DNA of 64,000 bases from Tubulanus polymorphus (GCF_964204645.1 NC_134025.1:22982299-23046298); one strand, 5' to 3'. Numbered from the stretch's first letter, positions 44,049 to 58,367 are shown. Notes: generated by a model from the sequence alone, not told the origin. Translations and numbers: made by a program.

Positions 44049-45199
44049 TGTACAGATTACATTGTTTTGGCTCTGCAAGTATAGCACCATTTTAAGTTAT
44101 ATAAAAAAATCTACATTATCATATTCTAAAGCTTGGAATATTCCAAAAAACAAGCTACGTACAAGTTGCGAATACTAAATTCATGCACTAACATAAACCG
44201 AGCATGCAATCTAGTACTGTACCAATAGACTCAGTCCAGTAATTAACTCAGCCCAGAAATATCTAATTATTCAAAGGATATCTAACTGAAACATATCATG
44301 CTAAGTTTTCGTGTAGAATTATTATTGCCAAGTTTTGGACGTATCGTCTACTATATAGACTGCGGTATTAAATTCCGTGATAACATTACGAGAAAATAGT
44401 TTTGAGCCGTAAACGCCTGTTAAACCGCAGAGACGCAGGTAAAATATGTCTACAAAATGCTAATGCTTTACAGCTAACGTTTCATCTTGGGTCTTCCATT
44501 TACAGTGTACACCACAAAATTTCCTCGTATTTCTAACCCCCATATAGAAGTTTCATCTATTCAAGATTGAAATGTGCATGCATAATAAATGAATAGCCCG
44601 TTACAGTGACACACCCTTAGTGTTTTAATGATGAAATTGTTCTATATAGCTGAACACTGCACGCAATAAAGATCATAGTAAACAGCGACACAATCTTGTC
44701 TAACGTGGAATTAACAGGCTTTGAGGCAAACGTATCAATTTACAATATTTATAAATGTTGTATGATTATAGAAATAATAATAATATACATGACTTTCATA
44801 TGCCTTACCCATTGAGAAATGAAGTCAGATCTATACATTAACAATATCGTATGAAATTTCAATTTCAATTTATTGCAACATATAACAAACAATGTTTACA
44901 GAGATAAAAGGCACATCCAAGTGCAACATACGCTCAATACAGCAAACTTCTCCAATTCAAGCAAATAATTTGCAAGTGCGACATTTATCGTTTTTCGCCA
45001 GCAAGAAAGTCTTAACCATTTCAAGTCGCAACAACGGCACAAATGCGAATTTTTCAGTCATGGTATCTGCTAATACGTTAAATTATTAGCTAAGTACAAC
45101 AATCGCAATAAATTAGGATTAATCGAAGCCCTGCATTATCATTCGCTAATGGCTTACAGTCCGACCCATTACTTATTCTATAACTACCAGTCATTAATG

Positions 45200-48100
45200 C
45201 TATTTACGTTTCTGCGACGTATCCGATAAATTTATAGCCATTTCATTTCCATTACCGCCGCTATTTTGTTGTTGCTGTTGTTGTTGGGCAAGTTGTAACA
45301 TCTGAAAAATGAAATAAATATCGGTCAGGTAAACGTCAAATGTCTGGGTTGTAATGTATATATATATATACTTGGAAGCTACAGCGTCATCTCATGATTG
45401 CTTTTTACAGCAACAATGAAAAGCCAAACTGCCATCTATATCTTTTTTCAAACACTTACCGGTGCAGGTAATGGGAATGTCAAAAATTGCTGTGTTCCTG
45501 AAAACAAAGAAGAATATGTTGATTTCCGAAAGCCTGAACGGATAATCAATTTCGAAACCTGTATTTGATCAAATTACATACCTCCTTGTCCATCTTGACC
45601 AGGTATTGCTATAGCTGTAGGTGTCTGTTGTAAGTTGAGGATATACCCCTCCGGTAAACTACTGGATAAAGCACCGGATGAAGAAGCCGCGTATACAATT
45701 CCTTGCGGAGTTTGATACATCATCGTTGGTGCCTGCGACGTTGAAGTTCCAGAACTGCCACCTTTCAAAAAGAAAACATAATTTCAGTCGTTTTATCCCA
45801 CCGACCTAGCACATTGGCTGAGTTATGAGTCCATTGGCTAGGTTTTTTTCTACTTCCCAAACTAGCTATGAATAAAGGCATTATAAGTGACTTGACTTCA
45901 ATGTTTATTTTTCCCAAAGCAGGGAGAGACCATTGGCTCAAAGATGCTTTCTTATTCCTCAACTCGTTTAGCACTATATTGAATGAAAGCATTATTATTT
46001 ATTTCATGGTCAATTTTTCCTAACACATGAGAAGAGGCGATAGAAGAAACTGCTGCTGTAGCCAAGACTCACCTGTCACATACACTGGTGTTATTGTGTT
46101 AGTCGTTGAATTCGATGACTCCGTCTGATTGGTGGCTGAAGATGCACCTGGAAAAAATAGAAAAACAAAATCATATCTTCATTTAAGAAAACCACCTTTT
46201 TTCTACTCTGAACAATGGTTGTTTTTTGTAAAATTGATTGCTTACCCGATACAAGAGTCGGTATTCTCAATAATGCTGCCTGCTGTTGTTGCTGTTGATT
46301 CTGTAAAGTACTAATGAGCTGTGACGTGATTTGAGCACCTGCTGGAAGCGATGCTACAAACAATATCAAAATTACGTGATTAAAACTAAATTGCAACGTA
46401 ATGAAAAAGTTCAGGCATGGATGCACCTATCAATTTGCTTGTCCTTAATATTTTATCGCTGAACCCAGATTCCTAGTTCTATACAGAATTTCATTTGAAA
46501 AATAGACTTTTTCATTTTGTTCTCATGTGATCCCTGAACAGAGTTGTATATCATTACTAATCATTCCAGAAATTTGTTCGCTGAACATGATTTGGATATT
46601 TCAATGCAAAATGAATTAGATACACTATAATTGAAAATAAGTTCCAGATTTATACGGACTACATGGGCCCATTGTATATCAATAGCTTCAGTTCTCTGTT
46701 GTCACATAAACGATTACCAGTATATACATATCAATAATGAATAGATCGAATCCGATCGTTTAATCATAAATAATCAATCCGTTCAATTCAAACGATTCAC
46801 AATCGCATAACGTACTTACTTCCTGGTGATAATATAGCGGCCACGCCGGGCGGTAACTGAACTGGTAAACTTGACGATTGTTTCCCGTTGAATGAAGATA
46901 TCGAAGCCTGCGTTTGATTCGACGCGCGAACGTTCACACTATTATTGCTGGTATTATTATTACTACTAGAATTGCCGCTGTTACTGCTGTTGTTCACGCC
47001 GATCAAATTCGTACTATTCGACAGATAGGACTGCATCACGTGCAGCTGAGGATTGGCGGACACGGTCGTATGAGCGGGAGGGGCGGGCGAACTTCGCGAC
47101 GTCGCGTTATTCGACATTATCGTGGTCATCGTCGGCACATCATTGATGAGATCGGGACTGTGAGATTGGGGCGAAATATTCGGCAGGCTGTACAGAGTCT
47201 GTTTTATGGCCAGATCCATCTGAAAATAGATACAGATTAAATATACATATATCGGTTTCGAACGGATTAAATCTACAAAATGCCAACTGAGAAGAAATAT
47301 TATCAAGAGATCTTAAATTAGTTCTATAAAATCGTATAACATATAACTTTATGTCAACTTTGAAACTGTAAATGTATGTATAAAAAGTTATCTTAAAAAA
47401 TTGGCCCAGAAAAAGAGGGCACTCGGAACATTTTAGGGGGGGGGGTTGTACACCGCCCTCTGGATCTGCCCCTGAAATCATCTTTTAAACATGGCAGAGC
47501 AAAGAGCAACCTTTGGTTTTTTATCTATAAGTGCCACTTTGCAAGAAAGATGGCACTACTGTAGAAGTGATACCAGTTGGCTGTAGGCCTGTATGATAGC
47601 AGAAATATTCTACAGCCTATTTTCTTATATCATTTAAATTGGAAAATCCTGTAATCATGCATTCATAAGTCATGAACGCATCTGAAGACATTACTCTTTG
47701 ATAAGACTGTCTCATAATCAATATGATAAGCCTTATATACTATAATGTCTCAAAACATGCAATAAGATTTTCTGTCCACTATGCATGTCATGAGGCTGAT
47801 AATATGATAATACAGTTACATGTGTTGCCAATAATTGTGTGTAAGGCAAAAATGTGGAAAATAAACATATAAATCAACTGCACAGCCCTAAAGTTGAAGT
47901 ATAATAAGGCTTTGGTTTTTTCAAGATGACCACTATATACTCTGTTTCTCTTGGTTGTCAAACCAGCTTTATTTGGAGATTTATTCATATTTTTACTCAT
48001 TTTGTAGACGTTCACTAGACCGGATTTTTCCAGTTCAAACCTTTAATAAATATTTCATTTTACTCAAGAAGAGGAAAAGTATGTATTCTTATACTTAATC

Positions 48101-51100
48101 TGTACAAAATTTTTGGTCAATTTCCTCCATTCATATAGAAACCAACCTGGTTTATTCCTACTTTTGCGGTGGGGAATGTAACTTTTAGTTTCGTTTTCTT
48201 CAGGGTGACCATTCTCATTTTACCCATGCCCCTAATCCCATGATACCCAGCAAAAAAGGAGACGTTCTCTGCTTAGTGCCTTCATAGGCCTATTTGGCCA
48301 ATATCCAATGTACATGATTTATATTCAACAACTAAGTGTTTTGTATATTAAGTCATCCCAGGTCCCGAAACATACAAATTAAGTGTCGTAGTTAACAGTA
48401 TTTGTATACACAAATTGATTGATGATATCGACTTGAACAGTGGCCAATAATTTGAATAAGTAGGCAGCACAGATGGCTGCGCCTTCCATAGATGGAAATA
48501 CCTTATTATGATATTTTCCACAGATGGTAGGGTTGCGTGGCCATATTTCCTTTTACGTATAATAGAAACTGTCATTTACATACCCATGCCTTACAAGGCA
48601 GAGCATATAGTAGGCCTACTTGATGTATGATAGATCACATGTGTTACTGAAAAATATTATCATCTTCAGAAACATGTACAGCACTACACCAATAGAATCC
48701 ATAGAACCATAGTAAATTAACTAATAGGCTTATGTGAACTTGTAATAGGTAATCGCTACGACAATCAATTATCGAAGAGTATTAGCATAAATCAAGCTTA
48801 TGACGAATATGATGAAGAAAATGCCCAGATATAAGTTAGGCCCACTGTCTAAAAATTCTTGTGAAAAGTTTATGTTTGGCTATTATCAAAAGATATATTT
48901 CACAAAAAAAGTTTTTATTTTCCTTTTTAATTGATTATCTTTAATTACGGGGCATTTCTACAAGGGATGGCATAAATTAAAGATCTAAAATCTCGATCGA
49001 TCACCCATAATAACTCAATCTAGATTGAGTTATGTTGTTGACTGACTAATAAATCTGTAGCAGTTTAACATATAGAGAATAGGCTACAGGTAAATAGTCG
49101 AGAGAGGAGTTCCTGTATAAAGTAGTAGCTATGTTTATACAAGATGTATGCCGAGAGAAAGATGCTATTTTAGATAGCTATTCCATACTTGACTGAAGCT
49201 ATTTATACACCGTTCCCCAAGTTCCTTTCTTTTCAAACTATGTAGCAAAAGCGCAGTATCACCTTTGGATAAATAGTATCAGATGTCAGCCAGCTGGCAT
49301 TTATGGAGGATAAGCCTACAGAATATGGAATCCTTATCCAGCTTTAGCGCCTGCATCCAGGGGTGCTTTTAGTCAGAGGTAGACATAAAAGTCAGCATAC
49401 CATAATAATAGGCAACCATATGTAATAGGCCTATTACCAGGTGCTTGACTTCCACAGACATCTTAGAACTGAAATGTGTTGCTAATTTTAACTCGAATTA
49501 TCAATGAATGTTATTTTGTAAGACCACATTCCCTGCAGGTTCTTTGTGTGTAGATCCATCAGTACAAGGCATGTACACACAGCGCTTGCTACTAATGGAA
49601 CCGGCTAAAACAAGGAAAGCATCTCCAATTATATCAAGAATTGCGCACTATTAAAGCAACGCCTTAGTAAAATACAGTAATGTTTTAAAAATGGCTGTTT
49701 TTAGAAAGAACCGAACTTACGAATGGACTTAAACAGTACATTTCACCGAAAATATACATGAAACTTTCATTTTTTAGAGATGATGATAATACAATTACCG
49801 ATTCCACATTTCAAAAATTAATTTCAAACTTTTCAATACACAAACTGTGTGACAAATAGATTTAAAAAAACATTTAATGATTTTCTTAATGATAATCAAG
49901 AGACTATAGATGGGCATAAAGATCCTCCGGGTAAATCAATATTAGGGCCTGTTTGGACATAATTTCATTGAAATCCACACTAGATTGCCCATGTTTTCAT
50001 ATAGAACATCACCTTTACCTTTGCATTGTTTTCTTCTTCGGTGACGGCGTACGTCAAATCAGTTTCTTCGAAGCCAGTCGGGTTCATTCTCTGATCGATA
50101 TCGTGTTGCTGGCCCGGCTCGACGGGAGCCTCGTCCGGAGAATTAAGGCACGTCTGAATGAGGGCTTTTCCACTTTCACTCGTAATCATAGGCTGTAATT
50201 TGCGCGTTGCGAACGTATAGACATGCCCAGTTTCACTGGCGACTAACAACATAACTTGAGTTCCAGTCAATGTCGAAAGTTCGTAAGCCTAAAAATACAA
50301 TCGATTATAAATTATATGGACATTAAACGGAATTCAGATCTTTAAAAAATCATTTCTTTTTAGATGGAATAAAATTGTTCACTATTCAGGCACGGGTCCA
50401 GGGCCATTCAGTGACTACAGCACAGTGAAAAAAGGGCACCAACTTTGAAAAGGGCCAGCAGTATTAATGCCCAGCGAGCGAGTTTGAGTGCCATTTATTG
50501 GTATCATGCCACTAAATTAGCCTTCACATTCAATTTGCTTCGGCCTTTTTTAGATTTTGGGGCGAAATTTGCCTTTTGATTAGATTTATTGAGCAACAAT
50601 ATTGTCTCTTTTAGAATAGTGCCCTTTTGAGTAAAGGAAAATGCCTTAGATTGCCTTTTTTGATTTTGGGCAATTCATTTTCATTCACATTTTGCTTTAG
50701 TCCTAGTACAGAAAGGCAGTTATCTTTCATGGCGCACAAATTGTGTGCCCTTTTATCTACTTTTTTCCCAAAACAAAATTTTTCAAGGGCATTTGAAAAC
50801 TGCAACTACCGCACGTGCTGCATGTTCGATAGTCTGGATCCGCGCCTGCTATCAGGTCCTCCCCCAGAAAATTAAGGAACTTCGTGCAATTTCAGCACTT
50901 ATTACTGCTCTAAGCAATACTGTGGACTTTCGTGGACTTTCGAGAAAGGGGTTTGAACCCTCCGAACCCGCTAAGACTTTATTAGCAATAAGTTAGATAT
51001 TGAATAATATTTAGTAGGCCTAATTGTAGAACATTAAACGGCTTCCCAAATCAATTAAGAACTTCATTAAAAACGATTGCAAATGGACAAAACAAAGTCT

Positions 51101-51484
51101 CACTTTTTTCATTATTCCAGTTTTTCTTTTACTGAATGTGGTGTATCTTCTTAACTTGTTTTCGATGAACTCCATTTTGATTTTGACGCGACCTTTCGTC
51201 TTTTTTCCTGGCTTAGGGCCATCGGTCATCTTTGGCGGCTGTTGAATGTAATTCAAACGATTGTACTCGTCCTCTGATTCCGAATCCATATCACTAGCGT
51301 GACGTTTGACAACTGTCACTTGATGTTGCGAAGTTCCAACTCCTGATGATGACAAGTTATTGAAATCATTACTGTTGAAGCCATGAGTTTGGGGGCTCCT
51401 CTGGCCGTTGACATTTAACGAGGCCTGAAGCGACGAATACTGTAATGTCCCGTAATCGTCTTGGCGACCTTCGATCGACTGCAT
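45200..51484 (-). CDS. SRF: Serum response factor (MADS-box transcription factor)
   Basis: Exons 51484-51104, 50288-50019, 47219-46820, 46353-46246, 46147-46073, 45761-45582, 45497-45460, 45301-45200, phase-consistent. MADS domain GKKTKGRVKIKMEFIENKLRRYTTFSKRKTGIMKK|AYELSTLTGTQVMLLVASETGHVYTFATRKLQPMITSESGKALIQTCLNSPD; DQRM..TGFEETDLTY; MMYQTPQGIVYA. Confidence 0.96.
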
Positions 51485-51776
51485 TGTTTTCAATTCTGTG
51501 AAATATCAATTAAACTCCGAGAGACTCGCGATACTCACGAACTGCAGCAGAAAATTACTCAGCCATAACCTAACAACACCCTTTGCTAGCTTAGTGCTCG
51601 CGCGCACTTGATTAAGTTCACATGGAAAAAAGCTCTTTGAACGCGGCAAAAGATGAATATTTTTCATTCATATCCTATATATATAGATTTACTTAATTTG
51701 AAGGTAATACATTACTGATATTTCAAATTTTGATCATCGAGTATAGACGTATCACTAGCGTAGTAATATGCGATGC

Positions 51777-51828
51777 CCATGTTTGGAATAATGGAGTCCC
51801 CATATATGGATTTCAATGCCAAATTTGG
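51777..51828. promoter_or_regulatory. Cluster of CArG boxes (SRF binding sites) in the SRF promoter
   Basis: CCATATATGG (51800-51809) and CCAAATTTGG (51819-51828) are perfect CC(A/T)6GG sites; CCATGTTTGG (51777-51786) has one mismatch. About 300-340 bp upstream of the SRF ATG. Confidence 0.8.
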
Positions 51829-52429
51829 ATCAGTGATGTCATCGACCCTTGCCCCATTTATCGATTAATGAATGGGGAATTACTACAAATCTTACAACTC
51901 GGACTCACCGCAAGATACTAAAAAATCAAAACGACCGCTTCCGTGTTAGAAATAGACACTTTATTTAAATAAATAGACAAACGATAATTTTTACAAGTTG
52001 TATGAAAAAAGAACTTTTATACATTACAGAAGACTTAACATACATTGTGCAAACAAAATTGCCTCAACAGTCTATATGGTAACAATAATATATTTACATT
52101 TAAGTGAACCAATAAAATATCATAGGATGTCAGAAATTTTCCTCTGGATTTTTTAAACTCTGCATAGTTTACTTATGAGGACGGAATATTCATCAGCAAG
52201 ATTATTGGCCTTTTAGGTATGCATGCATTTAGGGCAGGCAGGCAGGTATCAGAAATAAGGCTGGGTTTTTCAATCAAGAGTGAAAGAGCTATCATATTCA
52301 AGAAGATAAATCATTGACATATAAATGCAAAGATGAACATTTTGTTCAAAAACGCGATAAATTGCAAGGAAATGTCCTCAACCTTTCGACAACATTGGTT
52401 AAAATTGTTTCTCGTAACAATATAATTCG

Positions 52430-53976
52430 TTAAAATTTCTTAGTGTCATTAATGTTTCCATCGACGGCGATAGTTTCTCCTTTCGCGGGAATTTGAATGC
52501 CGTCGCCGACTTCAACCGATTGCAGCTGTTCCGACTGTCTTCGTTTCTCGGCCTCTGCTTCTCTTTCTTCGCGTAAATTCTCTTCCTTCTCTTCGTCTTT
52601 CAGCCGATTGAATTCGTCGATCGCGTACTGATATTTCGGCGACGTGATGCCGAAGAAATAAGCCAATCTCTCACCACACAGATCAGCCCCTTAAAACAGA
52701 TCAGACAGTATTTTCTGTATCAGATAACCGGACCAAGAGATAATGATTATTTTGATAATTCTCTGTATCAGTTAAGCAGACCAAAAGAGACGATGATTAT
52801 TTTGATATATCTTTGATGATAATCTTTACTTCAGGGTCCATACGGATCAGTTATTCCTGGATATAAGGAGTTTTAAAGGAGAAAGTTTCAAATTGTGAGG
52901 AAGTGTCTGCATCACTTTCATATCTGAATTACTGGAGACTCCAACTGAATCGGTAATGTTAATCTCGGAAACCATTATTTCGGTGAGCAAATCTGTCAGC
53001 AAACCTGATTTCTAATTTCTTAACTGCCTGATTGAGTAGAAAAAATCTTGGTTCCAATTATACCGTTTAAGGCATAATTTGCCTATTTCTTGAAAGATTT
53101 TTGGGCATTTAAAGGAGTTTCAAGCACCTTTAAAAATATTTTCTGTTTTTAAGAAGGTTTAACAGAATCTGAGTCATAGGGACCGTGTTACTTACATGAT
53201 AACGTTTTCCATGCAGCTGATACCATATAATACCACATCCAAGGCATCCAGTTTAAAGTTCTCTATAAAGAAATAGTACAAGTTAGAGATTTTTTAAAAA
53301 AGAATACGGTAGCATCCAAAATATCTAAACGAAGAATAATTTCTGAAAATCTCAAAACCTTTGAATGTATTATCAGTTGTCTGTCTATTGAGACTTGTTT
53401 TTCTGCGATATTTTTCTCAATTCTAAAGAGTACGCTCATTTTGGTAAATGCTAAACATGCCAAAAATCAAAGGATCAGCCCATGTCCAAGATTTTTGGGA
53501 CATCTTAGCCCCGAGGTAGGTATGCACTCCCAAAATTGAGTAAAATATCTGAGAAAAACGAGTTTCACGAATTAATAGAAAAAACTTATGGACTGCATAC
53601 TGAAACTGATTCCAGACAAGTTCTTTTTTTACTCAGTTCTTACAGGATCAATGATTTGTTGGTTATCTTTGCTATCCACTTCATCTTCTTCATCGGTAGA
53701 ATATTCTTCCAGAATCCCATCACTGAAGTGTAGGACACGGCGAGGTTGCTTCTTCGGTTTGCCTGACAATTGTAGATCAGTCAATGGAATCGTCGTGAAA
53801 TCTGGCTCTTTATAACTGGGCTATAAAAAAAGAAATGGTCAGAATAAAACTTGGTGGGCTGAGGAATAAACCATAAATTGGATTGAATTGAACGTTAACT
53901 GAAATAACATTCTTACTTTACTTACTTCAATTGGCGAATACCCTGAGCTCGGGGTAGTTTGTACTTCAAGTGACAT
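52430..53976 (-). CDS. FAM177A1: Protein FAM177A1-like
   Basis: Exons 53976-53926, ~53820-53644, ~53262-53196, ~52689-52430. Motifs PRRVLHFSDGILEEYSTDEE, DP.TLNWMPW.WYY, D.CGERLAYFFGITSPKYQYAIDEFNR. Confidence 0.9.
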
Positions 53977-54314
53977 TTTGATATTTTCTTAAATGACACG
54001 TAGAAATTAATTGCCTCGGTGATTAACTCGATTTAATTCGTAAAACGCAGTTATTTAGCATTTCGAACTGTGTTACGACGAGTTTTCAAACCCGGAAGTG
54101 AAATTCAATAGGCTGCTTACATCTTTTCAAACGAACCGTCGAACAAGCCCCAAAGTGTAATTTGTGTCTATGAATTCATCGTTTTTATAGAAAAATGATT
54201 CAATTTAACTTGTTTTTAAAATCTAGTTGCAAAATATAGGTACAAAAGTTACAATAAGCAAATTATCTGAAGTGGCCGTTTCGTCGCTGCTGCTTGATGA
54301 TGTTTAAAAACAAA
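53977..54314. promoter_or_regulatory. Bidirectional promoter FAM177A1/SNW1 with ETS motif
   Basis: Divergent ATGs 338 bp apart; CCGGAAGTG at ~54092-54100. Confidence 0.6.
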
Positions 54315-57300
54315 ATGGCGTTGTCGAGGTAAGGAATTAATTCCGTGTGATAACGACACTTTATGCATTTTTACAACATTTTCTTTATGATCTATATCGC
54401 TGCCGTGCCCGTGAAGAGATACTTTATGTCTCTTCCCTATTATGTATATACTTCTTATTGGGTGGAAAGCTTTCAGATCGGCGTATGATCGATTTGAGTT
54501 TATAAATTGTATAGTCTGTGCCCAAAACGTTTACTTCTTTGACCTGTAAATTTTCAAAACTATGATAGTTTTCGTAAATAATTTCAGTATTCTACCGGCT
54601 CCAAGCCAGCGTTTTTATGATAGAGAAGATGAGGACCTAGAAAGAGCTGCAAAATCACTCGTAAGTTATAGAAAGACTCTGCTTCCGGACCCCGCCGGGG
54701 GCAGGCTTGTGATATGAAATGCCAAGCGAGTCAAAGAACCCCTCCTGCCACTTTAAGCCCCCTCTTGAGCATTGATAATTTCGATGCAACTTTTTCTGTT
54801 GTGAAATACCAACTGACCATGAAAGCCAATAAACGATAACCCTGTAAAATGTTTACCTTCTTTCATTTTAGGCCTATACGACACGTCAGATTATTAGCAT
54901 TCCTTATTATAGAGGTATTTCTTAAATTTTCAGACTGTTGCAGTTTCAGGCAGTCCGACTGCTCCTCCTTATGGTCATCGCAAGGGTTGGATACCACGAC
55001 GCATTGAGGTAAACCATTATGGATTTATACACGTTTTAGGGCGACCTGAAATCTCGTTAAGTTTTTCCGTTGAGTCACTCGACAAAAACCTAAAACCATT
55101 ATTCACCATCACTATATATTGTTCAATGTTTAATTTTGTTCTAGGATTTTGGAGATGGAGGAGCGTTTCCGGAAATTCCGGTCGCCCAGTATCCGTTGGG
55201 AATGGGTCAACAAAAGTCGAGCTCCACTTCCAATGCATTGACGATGCAAGTCGACGCCGAGGGCAAAATCAAATATGACGCAATTGCAAAACAAGGCCAT
55301 GCCAAAGATAAGGTATGGATCTATTCTCTATCCTGTATTAACTGTATAAACCATGTAACCAGCCTTAAACCATTCAAGATGAAGTCTATTACCATAAAAA
55401 TAAACATGTCTCGGTTATAAAACTGTTTTCTTGTACCAATTTGAGGCAAAATGCCAGACTGTATTGTATTGTAAATTTTATATTAAATCGTTGTATGCCA
55501 TTTGGTGAATTTTCAGGTTGTTCATTCCAAATTTCAAGATCTCGTGTCGAAACCTATCGACGATGAAGATCCAGATTTTGAAAAGCCGACTGAGGACGAT
55601 ATTCGAGAGGTAGCTATCATAGAAGCCTCGTGGTGGCTATGTGAACTCACCATTGGTATCGTATTGATTTATGTCGTGTCTGTTTTGATCTTTTCAGAAC
55701 ACAGAGAAGACAAGAGAAGCGCTCGAAAAATTGGTGCACGGCAAAATCTCCGCCGCCATGCCAGTTCGGTGCGCTGATAAACAACAGCCTGCACAGTATA
55801 TCAGGTAATCAGATATAGAAACACAATTTTACATAATCAAAATTTTGAGTCTACCTTAGTTTTTCAAATGCTTCAATATCATTCGCATCGGGATATGTTT
55901 ACTAGTATTTTCTTTGTGTGAAAATCAAAAGCAAATTTAAAAGCTAGGCGCCTTATATATTTGCTTACGATACTTTGTTGCTTCAGATACACTCCATCAC
56001 AACAAGGCGTTGCATTTAATTCCGGAGCCAAGCAAAGGATCATTCGTATGGTCGAAGTTCAAAAAGATCCAATGGAGCCTCCTCGATTCAAGTGAGTCTG
56101 TTTTCCTCGATATTTCACTAAAACAAGCATTCAATCGATACGGATTTGGCATGAATGTTCTGACTGTCCTCATGGTCAATCAGCTAAAATTGCATATCCT
56201 TTTTTATAGAACGAATAAGAAGATTCCTAGAGGACCTCCATCTCCGCCGGCACCAGTCATGCATTCACCAAACAGAAAGGTGGGGAAAAACTAGAAAATT
56301 AGTCTAGATTCATGGAGAAGGTGGACTTTTTCTGCAACTTAGGCCTATATTCTCTGTTTCTAATAAATAGGTTACGGTGAAAGAGCAACAAGAATGGAAG
56401 ATCCCGCCTTGCATTTCTAACTGGAAGAATCAAAGGGTTAGTGATAATTTGGTGCTAATATGAAGTGAAAATACTGTACCTCCTCTGGAGAGGGTCGGTA
56501 CTGCTATATCCGAGATAATGACAGGCGATCTTCTTAAAATTTCCTTTAGGGTTACACAATTCCTTTGGATAAGCGTCTGGCAGCTGATGGTCGTGGACTG
56601 CAGGGAGTTCATATCAACGAAAATTTTGCCAAACTCGCTGAGGCTCTGTACATTGCTGACAGAAAGGTGACCATTTCATGCATTGAAACTATTTAGTAGA
56701 TAAAGGCAAAAATAATGTACATCAAAAGGGAAAATTCACTTCAGCATTATTGGGCTTTTATAGGAAAGAGCATAGATAACATAATTGCTGAATTCAATTT
56801 ATTGGTTCTTGGGCTTCCATGAGACCCTGAAGAGTTTCCTTAATCTAGGTTTATTAACTTTAGGCACGAGAAGCGGTAGAAACGAGAGCACAGTTAGAAA
56901 AGAAAATGGCTGCAAAAGAAAGAGAGAAGAAAGAAGAAGGACTGCGACAGTTGGCAGCTAAAGCAAGAGAAGAGCGCGCTGGAATCAGACGAGAGGGTAT
57001 GTAATCATATTATTGCCATAGTTTTCTCAAAGTTGAGTCTTGGGGAAATAATTTTGTGGTACTGGGTTTGAAAAGCGGTTCATGTCAAATTGTCTGAAAG
57101 ATTCGGCGTTTTATTTTGTGAATAGATAAAGAGGATGAAGGCGCCAGAGAACGTGATGAATTGAGGAGAGACAGACAAAAAGAGCGTCACAGAGAAAAGA
57201 ATTTAGCAAATGCTGCTCCCGATAAAAGGTACATTCGCAGAGTGATTTGTTTTAAAACCTATATGTTATCAGAAAGACATAAATGCTTGCATATTTGGTG

Positions 57301-58367
57301 TATCTATGTAAACTGTCCAGTCATATACAGTGTATTCATGTTGTAGGTCGAGAATACAAAGAGAAAAGGAAAGAGATATCAGTGAAAAGATAGCGCTCGG
57401 GTTACCGAACACAGGAACGTCACAAGAAGTTCAATTCGATCAACGATTATTCAATCAAAGCAAGGTATTGTTTAAAAACAGAAACAAAAGGTTTAATTAT
57501 TGAGGTCTACAACATGATTGTGTGAATTGTGGTTTATGATACCTAAGTACATGTACATCGTTACCGTATTGTAGGGAATGGATAGTGGATTTGGCGATGA
57601 TGAAGCGTATAATGTTTATGATAAACCTTGGAGAAAGGACCGAGATGCAGCCGCAGCTATCTACAGGCCTTCTAAGAACGCCGATGCCGACATCTATGGC
57701 GATGATCTAGAAAAGATAATGAAAAGTAGAAGGTGAGATGAAATCAGGAAAAAATCAGGGAATTTTCTTTCTTTTGAATAGTCAGGGAATTTTGTAAAAT
57801 AAAAGCTGTAAATCAGGGAAATATGTTTTATCGCTAACTAATGTGTATGCTGTGTCCCGCTTATAATCAAACAGTTTCTGTCTATGTCTTACGTATTTAA
57901 GTGTGTCAATTTATTGGATTGTCAGCAGATCGAGTCAGGGAAAACAATATGCATGTCAGGGAAAGGTCGGGGAAAGCGTGTCAAAGCATGGAAAAGGCAT
58001 ATGGCCACCCTGATCATTTGGCCTTTGATTTCTTGAGCGCGCTTTCACAGAAAGTGTAATTAGTTGCTTTGAACAACCTTCTCATTCCCAACGACTTCAA
58101 AAGATTCAGAAGATGGTCAGTCTTGGCGCGTGTAACATACGCATCGTATTTCTTTTCAGGTTCGTGCCAGACAAGGAGTTTGCTGGCACTGATCGAACTC
58201 GTCGGTCGGACAGACCAGTGCAGTTCGAGAGGGACGAGGAAGAAGATCCGTTCGGTTTGAACAAATTCTTGACTGACGCCAAAAAGGGTGGTCAGAAACG
58301 ACCGGCCGACGACTCTCGGTCGAGTAGAGACTACGACAACAGGGGAAGTAAACATAAAAGGCATTAG
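54315..58367 (+). CDS. SNW1: SNW domain-containing protein 1 (SKIP/Prp45 spliceosomal factor)
   Basis: MALSSILPAP; APPYGHRKGWIPR..EDFGDGGAFPEI; YIRYTPSQQG..FNSGAKQRIIRMVEVQKDPMEPPRF; KIPRGPPSPPAPVMHSP; WKIPPCISNWKN..GYTIPLDKRLAADGRGL; FDQRLFNQSKGMDSGF; RFVPDKEF..PVQFE..DPFGL.KFL. About 13 GT-AG introns. Confidence 0.96.

Noticed and set aside
46914-47240. 108-aa plus-strand ORF
   Set aside because: Antisense shadow of SRF exon 3
51485-51493. ORF-track start MKT for SRF
   Set aside because: Uses a TTG start; the in-context ATG (aaaacaATGc) is at 51484
56730-56850. Hairpin in an SNW1 intron as a possible snoRNA
   Set aside because: No properly placed H/ACA or C/D boxes; weak AT-rich pairing
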